Assembly (NCBI GenBank): GCA_030141605.1
Contig: JAQGDQ010000291.1
Span: forward strand, 167,071 to 231,070
Source: Tubiluchus corallicola
Lineage: Eukaryota > Animalia > Priapulida
DNA: 64,000 bases
Reading direction: 5' to 3'
Both the position numbers and the translations under genes were made by a program. Below, in pieces: positions 1 to 12,580 of the stretch; within the stretch, counting starts at the first letter, position 1; each line of letters begins with the position of its first letter. The notes below the pieces were generated by a model. That model was not told where the DNA came from and did not search any database. It saw nothing but the letters and a program-made list of their open reading frames with translations.

Positions 1-185
1 AAAATCTTTAATTAAAGAACAGCCAAAGGTAAAGGTTTTATAGCATTAGATTACCCTACATCTAAATGAAAAGATTATTGCAGCAAAGAGCAATAAAATT
101 ATGGATAAAAGCTGACTTGCAAACTTGATGCTAACACTCTAAATTTGAATGAATTTCTTATGCGAAGCTATTATCACTAAGCAAT

Positions 186-3100
186 TTACGACTTTGGATT
201 CCTATGCCTCAAGTCTTGATCCTTGTGGTCGTTAGCATTTTTCCTGAAAACACAAACATTAAGTAAGCGCCTTCATTTTCTTCTTCTTCAGGTTTATGTT
301 GTTAGAAATATTAACAATTCGTGTTTAAACTCTCTAAATAAAGTCCTATAAAAGCGTTTTTTGGCTGAACACGTGCAGTCAATGAATGGCACACAATAGT
401 AATGATTGGCAAAACTAGAAACCAGGTCGACATATATAAATAACAAGAAACAACATTATCAAAATTGAGTTTGTTTTCGAGCCTTGCCTTTTGGATGTTT
501 TAAATAACTGTCTGTGTCAAATTAGTAAAAAACCAAAAAATTATCAAAAAAAAACCATTATAGTTCAGTTGGGAAATCCCTTTCTCCAGACAAAAATTGC
601 ACAAAAATCAGCAATTGAGAATTTCTCAGGATTTATCAAGATTCATATGCCGACATTATTTAAAGGAAGACAGGATGATTTTTCATATACTACCCGTCAT
701 TTTCAAGTCCGATAAAACGTATACATTTTAACACAATTAATACAGCAAAAGGGTTTCTGATTATTAAATAATAGATTAACAATTTAATTAATGGCAGGCG
801 AGCCCAACTACTGATGAGATCACAAGGTAACATAATTTTCAAGAGCTAAAATATTCCGTGAGAGTGTTGCACGTGTTTGCGAAAGCGGAAATTAAAGTAC
901 AGTGCTATTGTAAGATATTCAGTGTGTTGTACTAAAACTAGGCAAGTTTTTAAATAAAAATTCAAATTTCAAATTTGCCGCTGTGCTCAAGCATGAGCTG
1001 TCAAACCTTCGTAGTTCTCGTCAGAAACCAACACATTTAAACCGAGAGGTACAGCACCTGTGTTTCCAAAATGCAAGCACTACTAGCGAATGATGAAATG
1101 TATGTAACAGCGAAGAACTAGTGGCACGAAAGCGAAATTACTTTTGTGTGGTAATAATTCTTTTACGCAAGTCATTTTTGAAAATATAGTACGTCTCCCT
1201 TCAATGTTTTGACCTACAGTATTGGATCCGGTTTTGCTTTAACAATTTCTAGTAAGCAAGTAAACACTACTTACATGTTTTCAGCCGCGCCGTCATCGTC
1301 TTCTTCATCTTTGCTACGCTTTTTCTCGTAGATAAAGATGATGAGGCACAAGATGGCAACCTCGGCACATATACCCAAGAATGGCCATAAAGCAGCCAGC
1401 TTATCTGTAACACAATATTTGCAAATATTTTTGTGTTATGCAAAGCTGAAGTGTCACGGCAGCCATAGATCAGATTTTGGCTGTGAAATTTACAAGTTTT
1501 TAATCTTGGTCATTTTTAAGTTATAGCTGAACAGCTTTTGTATGTTAAAAAATAAAATGCTGGAAGAATATCAGCAAAATATAAATTGAAAAATAGCAGC
1601 ATTGATCTATAAAGCACTGAATAAAAGGCGGCAAAACAATAAAGAGATCAACTAGTTCATGGTTTTCAACACAGAAAATAAATCACTGAAAATGAATGGT
1701 TACCACAGAGTGATGCGGAGGAACTGTAGGCAAAAATTTTTGCTGTTGGGACCAAACACACCTTAGAGAAGTGTGAAACAGCATCGTCTAGTTTACAGTG
1801 AAAATAGCGGACACAAGGAGCATTTGCTGTAAATATTAATAATAGTGACACACAAAGTTTTTTCCAGTATTTATTCTGACTCGTTGTTTTAGACTTCTGT
1901 ACCTTTTGGAAAAATTGAATGAAATGAAGAAAATCTAATCTAATCTACTGAAAAGACCTAAACTTTTTGGTGATCGTCTGCAACATCAGTGCACATTGCA
2001 ATTTTCAATTGAGTCTGTCATTTTCTTCTTATAATATCGAGATCAAAACTTCGGCACATTTTTTTTGGACCACCTGGTATAGATTACAACTAAGTGTCAG
2101 TTCATTGGGAAAAGATTCAAGGAACAAGATTCACATTCTCAGTACACGCCCTTGAATTTCTGTTTCGAATGTTGATAGTAAAATGAAGAGTAACGTTGTG
2201 CTTGGCTGTACATATAGAATTTCAAATGTACAAAGATAACAAAGGAACTTGTTCAGTAAAATACGCAGTAGATTGTTAAGTAAAATACACAGCATTCACT
2301 AGACCGAGAACAAAAAGCGGTGGACATCAGAACATATATGTATTTGCCCAGGTGAGCACAGAAAAATACATTATACCACGTACAAACAAGCTATTAAATG
2401 TTATGTCAAGACTAAAAGCTAGGTTTAGAAGATCAAAGTTTCTTTTATCCATAAGGAAATTTTGAGTGTAAATTATAAATTTTTCACTATGCCGGTACTG
2501 AGATGTTGCAGCACTTGGTCATTACCTCTCACTAAGCAAGTACTCAAAGTATAAAAAGAAAATAGAACAGTTTCAGACAAAGTTTGGTTTACTTACCTTT
2601 GACACGGATTTTGATAACGTATGAATCATTTCCATAATCGTTCTCAGCGAAGCATGTGTAGTTTCCCGCTTCTTCCTCGCGTCGCGCGTTCTTGATTGTC
2701 AACTTTATTGTGTTAGTGCCATTTCCACCTTCCAGCACAATGTGGTCGCTTGCTTCTAGCTCTGTGTTGTTTTTCATCCACATTCCAATCAAATTGTCAC
2801 GGGAGCCATCCCATGAACATTCCATGCTGTAGCTATCGCCTTCAATCAGATTCCTGGAAGCCTTGCTGCTTGAGACCACGTGAGCTTTAACTGTAAAGTG
2901 GAGTTTTTTTACTTTGGGTAATCCACATAGTTAAAAAAATTCCATAGCTTCAGAAGCTTCAAAGAAAATAATACCATTGCCAGTACTCTCTGTACATTAT
3001 ATAACAGAACAATAGAGCTATGGGAATTATTCAGATAGGCTGTCAATGTACAGTATCACTTTCTTTTCCGTATACATTTATATGATCACTTCTGAGATTA

Positions 3101-6100
3101 AAAGCACAAGCCCTACCAATCAGTTTCAAAATTATAAGTTCTGTACACAAAAATTTGGTCACACTGCAAACCTAGAAATAAGTAAATTACAGTCAACCTC
3201 GGATATAAGGGACACCTCCGGACCGGAAAAACGTCTCTTATATCCGATGTCCTTTATAGCCGAAGTTGAGTCAGACCGAGGGTGTATCTTGACCCGTACT
3301 TTTACCCATATTTTTATGGATTATTGCTACACATTCAGTGCAAACGGTATGTAGGAAGCTCCACCAGTGATGCGAGATGTATGTGACCACGGAAACCGAG
3401 CTGTTCGAGGCCGAGTTTGCGAAAAATAAATCAATTTCACTTGATCATTGGGTCCATTATATGCGAGGTAATTTACCTGGGTTTTTATTACACAGGACCT
3501 GAAGATATTGTCCCTTATAACTGAAAGTCTCTTATATCAGAGTACCTTATATACGAAGATTTTTATGCAGGAAAAACGTTACGAGAAATCGGGACCGGTG
3601 TTGGTGCTCCCTTATAAGCGAGTACCTTACACCCGAGGTTGACTGTATCACAAAAATACACCCGAGGTTGACTTGACTGTATCACAAAATGTTTCGTTAC
3701 AGAATTTCATATAGTTTATTTTTACATTGCTTAAACATTCAAACACTACATGTAGAATGATTAACGTCAAATGGAAAAACTTCAAAAAAACTTTGGGAAC
3801 AAAAAATAAATTTTCTGTTTTTTACGACACCCAAACAGCAAATTGTTTTTAATATAATTTACATGTACAAGACAAGAATAAGTTTCACTTAAATAATATT
3901 TCATTTTAAAATAGATTTAACAATGGAAATAATGGAAGCTCAAAAACTTCTTAAATTGAAACAATTACATAGCAGTTAAAAAGTGTACATAAGTCAGAAG
4001 TTTGCTATACCTTGCAGTCCAATTTTCATGCTGCTGTCGCCAAATTTGCAAATGTAATCTCCTACATCTTCGAGAGAAACGTTTTTCACGGTGAGTGTTG
4101 TGTTGGTAGAACTGTATTTCTCGGTATTTGATAGGTCAATATCTTTGCCATCCTTTTCCCATGTCGTCTCTTGGCTTGCCGCTGATGTACAGTCTAGTTT
4201 TGCGTCCTCGCCAAATTTTTTTAGAATCACATCAGTTTCCGAAATCACTGAAAATAAGGAACGCTTGGTCACTATTTGATCAAGTTTAAAGACGAAAAGA
4301 TACTGTGAATCACAAGATGTGCAATTTGTGTTTCAGGTTTTGCATATATATTGATCGAAGTCGAGCATTCAACAGCAGGACCCACATGTTTGCCAGGTTG
4401 CCAAAAGGTGCAGCTCAGAGAAATAATGGACTTCAACAAATGTGGAAGTATGCTTTGAAAAAATCACGGCAGACGCAGTGGGTGAAAAGGTGTACAGTCA
4501 GAAAAGACGTGTCTGGATAAACGGTTTCGCAGTGACTAAATTTGAAACGGAAAATTTCCACAAAGAATCCAAATACATTCCATCTAAAATGCCTTCGAGA
4601 TGGCTTCTTACGTTTGTATTCGGCACTTACGGAGAAGATTTCTTGCCAAAAAAGATAAAAAACCGGTTCTAAATCTCCTACACCCAGAAGAGTCTTGTGA
4701 TCCAAAAGAAAAGCCGAGTGTCGGTATTCCCAAGAAGAGTGGCATTTCTAAAGAGCTTTGAGAGTCACGATCGGCCAAGCATGGCATCGACTACCAAACA
4801 TGTTAGCATTTACAAGAGCAGAGAAGCTAAGTTAATGTACTAGACGACAGGACCACACTAGCAGGAATAGTAATTAAAAACAAAAGTGGGTACCGGTCTA
4901 ATCTCAGTTGCTTCTGAATACGGTTTCTATAAACCCTTTATTTTTGGAGGACAACCGGGTGTTAAATTTGTGGGTTAATTTTTTACTGCAACTATTTGTT
5001 AATGTTTTTAAATACAAATGCAGATGTCTTTTCACACTACCAAATGTTTATAGATTCACGACCTTCTAAATCGTTTTATAATAAGGTACGGAATTATATA
5101 TCACAACTTATTTACATTGTGTAGAAAGCAAAAAAAAGTAAATTGAAAATGATCAAGATCACAGCTTGGTTCTGCAAGCAGTTAAATTATACATGTTCTT
5201 TTAAACCACTTCCATGTATAATTATCCATTAACAAATCCATGTATTATAATTGATACAATAATATAATTACAGAAAAGAGAAATTTTATACAATTATTGT
5301 TCAAACATATTTGGGTACGTAAATGAGAAGTAATACATACTAAACTGCTAAACAGAATGATGTTGATTATGTCTAACCAATATACCATTCATGCTAAACA
5401 GAGTGATGTCGATTATGTCTAACCAATATACCATATACCATACATGCCTTTAGAAAATAAATCTACTCCATGCCTACAAGAACCAGTACAATTTTTTCAA
5501 ACTTTTTTCACACTCTCATTGTGTTACCAACGGAATTTAGGCAAATTAAGGTTCTCAGAATACAAAACAATCAGTTCATAAACCGGGAAAATGTCCCCAA
5601 ATAGTAATAATGTGTGTCATGTGATACAATGGCAGTAAGTGCTAGAAAAGTCGTTGGACCAACAAATTCCAGCTGTGATTTAAGGGTAACCGTAGGTGAA
5701 GTACCATTAACACAAGATGCAAGTTTCTTGTAAATAGGTCTATTATATTTCTTAATATCAACAAGCTGCTATTGCAAAAAAGTTGAGTTCAACGCTAATC
5801 CACGGAGATCACGATTCATAATAATCCTACAGTTTCCTGTTTGATATATCGAATTAAGAAAAAACGCCTGTACAATAAAGTAATGTGTACATTTATTACA
5901 TTCATTAGAAGTGCAATTCAGGTCAGAATTTTCAGTAATTTCAGTGAAGTCATAAGTTCACCTTTCATACAGACAAATAAATTTTCACTATTCAATGCAG
6001 AGGACAAGCACATGAACTAAATACTGTGAAGTATACTATAAGTACTAAATTTCAACTAATGCAAATTACATTTACCCTAGCTGGACAAACAATATAATTA

Positions 6101-9100
6101 AGATATTTGGTAAAATTAGATTTCTCTCCTCAGCATTTCATCCAAGGTAGTTAAACAACAAGGCAAATGCTTCTAACGTTGGAAGAAACAGACCCAAGAT
6201 GCCAAATGTAACTTTAAAGAATTGATTAATTAAAACACCGAGAGCTATCTTTCTCTGCAAAGAGCCTTTGTTCGCAAAAAATGATACATTAGAACATTGG
6301 TGACGTCAGAAAACGCGCTGCTGCATTGACAGGTGCCTGTCTGGAAGGTAAGTTTTGTGTGACTTGTACTGATTCGGAGCGATGCCAGGACCAAGCACTA
6401 CACAATGATTTCCGGGGTTTAGAAAGAAAGCAAATAAAAATGTGAATAATCAGCAGTGCAAAATGGATGAAATCAAGCGTTCCAAGTGCATCACCACAAT
6501 TCATTCAAATCTAAAAAACGAAAAATCACAGTGTATTAAAATAAACTGTTTAAAGCAAGATGCGGCAGTCTCATACTAACAACCATAAAAAAAACCTACA
6601 AAAAAGAAAAAGAAACATGAGCGTAACACACAACAAACACATTTTCAAGCCCAAAATAACAACGCAAAACAACAAAGAAGTGCAAAACACCTGAAAATAA
6701 AACTCATATGAAAAAAGCCGAAATAAGATGACTATCCCACAGCAAAAACAACGACGGACGGCCTTACCACTGATGCTAATGTTGACAAGAGGTTTTCCTC
6801 TTCCTGAAAGAGCACATGAGTATGTTCCTGCAATGCTTAATGTAACATTCTTAATTAAAAGGACGGTGTTATTTGGTTCCCTCACCACCGTATAGGTGTT
6901 AGAGTCGTTTAGGCGGCTGCCATCTTTGAACCAGTCAAGCTCCAATTTGTTGCCATTTGCCGAGCAAAATAGCCTTGCAGGTGACCCACCTGTCAGAGTC
7001 ATTTTGCTTGGCGAAGCCTGAACTAAAAACAGAAATATACTGCTGTTAGATATTCACAAGTCTGACAAGGAGGGCATCGGGAGTGATTTTGATCTGCTGC
7101 AGTAGGTCTTTCTGTACTGCCACCAGAAAATAGAGCATTATGAAGCAAGTCTTCTTTGAAAATAATCAGTGTTTGTCGTACCACCTTAGTTAAATGAAAA
7201 GAATGAAATACGTGGACTGTATTCATTCATAAAAAAACGACATGCAACAAGGTTCATGCCAGCTGCATTCTGATTTAGAATGTTATGAAGTGACGAGCTT
7301 AAAATACAATCATTTAATAAAAAACATCTCACGCATCAATTCCAAGTACTACAAAAAAATCAAATGTTTCAGTGTGAGCTTCCAATGTCAGTGAAACTGC
7401 AAAATAAAAATCTACGGCAAAGTTAAGTGACAACAATTATGTCACATGCAGTTAGTGCCCATCTGGACCAGTCGGCACTTACTCGTCACAACAAGTACAC
7501 TGAAGCCGGTCGGATCGCCATCTGTGATGCAGCGGTAGTCGCCCGAATCACCCCCCGAAACATTCTTGATGGTTAGGTTACTCCGGACCATGTTCTGTTC
7601 CCATACAGCTTCTGTAGAATCTATAGCCTTTGACACAACATCCATATTATTCCTAGACCAGTGGATGTATGTGGGTGGCGGTGAAACGGTACACGTTAGA
7701 AATAACGTCTCTCCAGCTACGTAAATATGTTTGCCAGTGATAATCTGTTCGGGAGGTTTGTGAACTGGAGGACTGCCGTATCTCCTGCCTGCACAACAAA
7801 ACCAAGCACTTATAATAAAACACAAAGACAGTGTTACAGACAATGAACTGAGCCAGAACTTTAGATCCTAGAAGACAAACTTGAAGATCAAGCAACCCTT
7901 CTGAAACTAAGCATAAAGTGCATGTAAAATTAGCAAAAAACCGTAATCACATAAAGCTCGATGATCATACGTAATCACATAAAGCTCGATGATCATATGT
8001 AATCACATAAAGCTCGATGATCATATGTAATCACCTAAAGCTCGATGATCATATGTAATCACCTAAAGCTCGATGATCATATGTAATCACGTAAAGCTCG
8101 ATGATCATATGTAATCACGTAAAATTCGATGATCATATGTAATAACGTAAAGCTCGATGATCATATGTAATCACGTAAAGCTCGGTGATCATATGTAATC
8201 ACATAAAGCTTGGTGATCATATGTAATCACATAAAGCTCGGTGATCATATTTAATCACATAAAGCTTGGTGATCATATGTAATCACATAAAGCTCGATGG
8301 TCATATGTAATCACATAAAGCTCGATGATCATATGTAATCACATAAAGCTCGATGATCATATGTAATCACGTAAAGCTCGATGATCATATGTAATCACGT
8401 AAAGTTCAATGATCATATGTAATCACGTAAAGCTCGATGATCATATTTCACAGGGTGCCCCTTAAAATGTTCACCACAGGAATACTTGAAAATGTTCACT
8501 GGTGAAAGACTAACTGAAATTTGTCATCAATAGTAATTTGTAATTTGCAATGAGTAAGTACAGTAAGTAATTGAACTATGAACATACATATTACGAAGGA
8601 TAACTTTCAGACACAACTTACATGTTTAATGAGTTCAGATAGACAGATATACATACAGCTGGTAAACACAACTGAATACTTTATCAGACTTTCCTGGATG
8701 AGAGTTCAAAAACCTAAATGAAACTAAATACTTTGTCAGACATTCCTGGATGAGGCTTCAAAAATATTGGAAGGTGATATAGTTAGCACTTAACTTCAGT
8801 TTAAAATACAGTTAGCAGCTACAGTTTGATTGCTTAGCTAAATATGGAAGCTACTGGAATAATATTAATTTTATCGTACTAGTTTATCAAATCCTAGTTT
8901 AGTTAATGAAATCATTTGCCCAGTTTTGTAATTCCAAAGATGACAAATTTTTAGAGTAGCACTGAACACGTATAATTATATTATTTGTAAGGACAGTGTA
9001 TATATTTTTCATTTTTCTCTGCCACGTAAGTGTTGATCTGTAACCAAGTACAAGCAGAGGCGTAGTAACAGGGAAAAAAGGCGAGCAACACAAGCACATT

Positions 9101-10934
9101 TTTCAAAATTGGTGCCTTTTCAGCAACCTGCCTTATTATATTATTGAGCCAAACTGCTTCCCAAGTTTTTGAAATGAGTATTTATTTAAGCAACTCATTT
9201 GTCAAGGTTCATTGATTGAACCAAGGATCAAATTGTCCTAAATCTGATTATATTCTTGTCACACGCTCACGATGTCTGTTGTGGCATATAGACAAATGTA
9301 CTTACAAGTACTTCACATGATACAGCGCCTTTTTTATGTGCTTCGTTCCCCTAACTTTAGAACCTGGTTCGGCTGGCAACGCCCCCGAGTACAACATTAC
9401 CGAAACAGTATGATGGGATCACCACGTAAGCAGCAAGGCAGTTGAGTAACAACTCCATCTAATAAGACAGCGCGCCTCATTTTGTTGCCAGCAGCAACCT
9501 GACAATTTTCCAAGTTTAAATACTAAATCATTAAATAGTTAGCGATTGCACTTAACTGCTCTCCGAATAGCAAATTTTTACTGCTCGGACTGGTGATTCT
9601 GAAAATCACTAAACACTAAAATTTTGAGTATGATTTTGAATTTCGGGCATAGTAAAAGGCATTCAAAATTCAACATACCAGGCACAAGCACACAAATCAA
9701 AGGACAAGCACTAAAATACAGTCTGCAGAGACAATAATAATACTAATAATAACACAGTCCATTGCTTGGCAAAGTGCGTTACTATAATATGAAGCTATAA
9801 GTTTCCAGCAAGCTTTAGTCTGTTTAATTTGCCTAGAATGGAACCTTGCAAAAATATCATGTTGCAAACAAGTCTTTGAAACACATTTCGCACAAATTTA
9901 ACTCACAGCTTTTTTCTAGTTTACAGTATATTATTTCACAAAAGGTCATACAACAATACTAAGGATTATATAAATATAAAGAACAAGGTTTCTCTCAAGA
10001 AGTTAACCTGACAATGAAAAAGAAGCATCTTTTTGGCTGCTCTCACCCAAACTGACCAAGCTATTAACAAGGCAGCTTGTTGACAGTCAGACTTAGTGTA
10101 GAACTGACCCTCTGCTCACTCTATACTTTCAGTTAAAATCATTTTCACTTTTCCAAATCATTCATTATTCCAATGCTGTTATAATTAGATGTGCCATACA
10201 ATACAGATGAAAAACATCCCATCGCTAACAAAAAAGTCTCGGTTAATATGGAAACCATAAACTAGCTCAACAATCACGATAATAATTTATTTCAAATTTA
10301 TTATTTATGTTTTCAAAGATTTAGTAGAGATCAGTGTTAAATGTACAGCATAACTGATAACTATAACTAATATGTATACGTAATTATAACTTAGTATATC
10401 TATATATTAATTCTACTGGTATGGGCTTTATATCATGTATTAATATTAAAAAATAATTAAGAAAATTTAAACGTGAAATTATTACTTATTAAATCAGACA
10501 GATTTGCCTGACTGCTCCCAAAGGAATGCATTACGCTCTTAGGCACAAAACCTGTTAGTTATGCAGTTAACATTATGCTCTTTTGGTCTACAGAGGCTAC
10601 TCCAGGTTTTACCCACGCTTTTTACTTCAGTTCACATTGTTTTTGTTTATTTAATATCTTTATTATCTTAACTTCGCGTGCAAGAGGTGCTCAGTAAGTG
10701 TCATTTACTTCCAGAACATTAAAAGGCATATAGCTTTTGCAAATGGCAGGCTTACAAAATCTATCCTTTGTTACTATGCCACCTTTGTAACCTTCGCCTC
10801 TAGATTCTACGTTATTCTTTTAGCCGTGAGAACTTAAAATTCGAAATCAGTTTTAGTAAATTCCTAAATAATATCTACTTACCTTGTGCACAAAGTGTTG
10901 CTAGTAATATCAAGAGTGTAGTGCGCCGTAACAT
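186..10934 (-). CDS. bsg: Basigin/neuroplastin (CD147/EMMPRIN)-family Ig-superfamily type I membrane protein, 7 coding exons, 443 aa, four Ig domains
   Basis: Exons (minus): 10934-10883 (signal peptide MLRRTTLLILLATLCAQG), 7788-7483 (Ig1), 7022-6768 (Ig2), 4247-4011 (Ig3), 2890-2597 (Ig4), 1404-1275 (TM), 243-186 (stop). All GT-AG; Ig exons phase 1-1; total 1332 nt. The TM exon reads DKLAALWPFLGICAEVAILCLIIFIYEKKRSK, the basigin-family signature with the intramembrane Glu. The tail MKNANDHKDQDLRHRNPKS resembles the neuroplastin C-terminus. Confidence 0.93.
664..1200 (+). mobile_element. Non-autonomous DNA element (Kolobok-like MITE), copy 1
   Basis: Begins TTAA-AGGAAGAC, ends GTCTCCCT-TCAA; a diverged inverted copy lies at 61037-61477. 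Superfamily inferred from TTAA-like flanks and AGG termini. Confidence 0.6.
3190..3645. mobile_element. Tc1/mariner (pogo/Tigger-like) MITE
   Basis: TA-CAGTCAACCTCGG ... CCGAGGTTGACTG-TA terminal inverted repeats with TA target duplication; the right end is locally re-duplicated at about 3658-3689. Confidence 0.85.
6301..6308. promoter_or_regulatory. Palindromic CRE-like site TGACGTCA (intronic)
   Basis: Perfect TGACGTCA, followed about 40 nt later by a plus-strand AAG/GTAAGT donor-like site; function not shown. Confidence 0.25.
7943..8446. repeat. 28-bp minisatellite, about 18 copies
   Basis: Unit GTAATCACATAAAGCTCGATGATCATAT, head-to-tail, no spacers. Confidence 0.95.
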
Positions 10935-11336
10935 GATGTCTTGCTTAAATATATATTTAAATGATTATCACAGAACAACCACAACAGCAAACAACAACGC
11001 TGAAGTAAAAATGGCGAATGATAACAGATCACATGATCTACAAGAAAACCAGAGTACGGTATACGGTACGCTGGGAGCGACAAATCAGATACACGTACAA
11101 TCGATTCCAGTCTGCTAAAATTAAGTAATAAGATTCTGGTTCACACCAGAACCTTATCTGTCCTCGGTTTTTGATTCTTTCTTTCACAGGAATGGCACAG
11201 GAAAAATGGGACAAATGGAAAGTTAAATAAAAATCACACATTTAGTAAAATTAATGTGTTTAAGGGAAAACACAGTTTGTTTGCTTGTTTGGCTGTTTTT
11301 GTCTGTTATGGCAGTAACTAAGTCTATTCCGACGAG

Positions 11337-12167
11337 CTATTATGACGACGAGTTGTCACAATATCTCATTTCGGTTGCATCTAGTAAGAAGCAGTTGGAC
11401 AGTCTCATGACACACTTTCACCTTCTTAACCTAACGGTAAATGAGAAGTTACATCTCGGTGTTACATTTGAAGATATGGTCTTGGAGTGTACGTGGAAGG
11501 GAAGAGACTGCAATTTCGAGAAGTGAGATTATGCACATTTATGTACAATGTGCTTGAAGATCTTACCACTGTGGCCTCATTTTTGGGGAAAACAAATCAT
11601 TCTTGTAGTATTAAAATTAAATTCTGTCACATGATTGACATACTTTTTCACAATGCAAAGATTTCTTGGACTCACACTAGTCATTATAATTTAATTTTCA
11701 TCCAGTTTGACACTTGGCAAGTTGGCAACAGACATTCAACAGTATGACTTACTGATTATCGATACTTGTGGTTGTACTGGGACCTATTTTTATCAAATAG
11801 ATGTAATACTGCACTTAGTTGCTTTCCTAAAAGAAAAAATAATTATTGCTTTTCTAATTAATTAACAAAAGTTACCAATTGCTAAACTATGAATAGTACA
11901 GTCTTATATTAATGCAATGATAGCGTTGCTTAGCATGATAATCATGGTAACACATTTGGTAGAGACGTTTATTAGAATAGTGTAAATGTTCTAGATCGAG
12001 GGCTCCTATGAAGAACTATGCGATTCTTGATCGTACCTATGTGAAATTTTTAGGATGGCTTCTGATTTTATAAAACTTTAGAAAACTAATTTTTATAAAT
12101 TACCGATTTTTTTCCAAGTATTTAATGAACTTTGATTAAACCAAGCCAGAATTGCAGAACAGAAAGT
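11337..12167 (+). pseudogene. Inverted partial duplication of ENaC exon 3 plus downstream intron
   Basis: Reverse complement of 23113-23896 at high identity. The coding part YYDDELSQYLISVASSKKQ...[12 protein letters not shown] keeps the GTGAGA donor. The 5-prime part of the exon and its acceptor are missing. Confidence 0.85.
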
Positions 12168-12580
12168 GGCACTGACGAATGTAGGTAAAAATGGCACGGT
12201 AAAATGGTATAAATGGAAAAGTAGGAAAAATGACGCCAGTAAAATTGCCGCAGGAAAAAAGACACGGGGAAAAAATCGCACAAATGGAAAAGTAGGTAAA
12301 AATGGCACAGGAAAAATGGCATAAATGGAGAAGCAGGTAAAAATGACACCGGTAAAAGTGCCGCAGGAAAAAGACACGGGGAAAAAATCGCACAAATGGA
12401 AAAGTAGGTTAAAATGGCACAGTAAAAATGCCATAATTGGAGAAGCAGGTAAACATGATACCGGTAAAAGTGCGCAGGAAAAAATGACACGGCGGAAAAA
12501 ATCACACAAATGGAAAAGTAGCTAACTTTTTCCTGTGCCATTTTTACCATACCATTTTCCCGTGCCATTTTAACCACATA
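12168..12580. repeat. Repeat-rich element (AAAATGGCACAGGAAAAA-type subrepeats in direct then inverted orientation)
   Basis: Direct subrepeats 12180-12520 then inverted TTTTTCCTGTGCCATTTT copies 12527-12575; a related fragment lies at about 11185-11240. Confidence 0.7.

Noticed and set aside
7943-8446. CRISPR-like 28-bp repeats (also 44524-44788 and 46095-48279)
   Set aside because: Head-to-tail with no spacers, no cas genes, eukaryotic intronic context.
11487-11747. 86-aa ORF duplicated at 23471-23746
   Set aside because: Off-frame read of the exon end plus intron; the similarity reflects the recent duplication.
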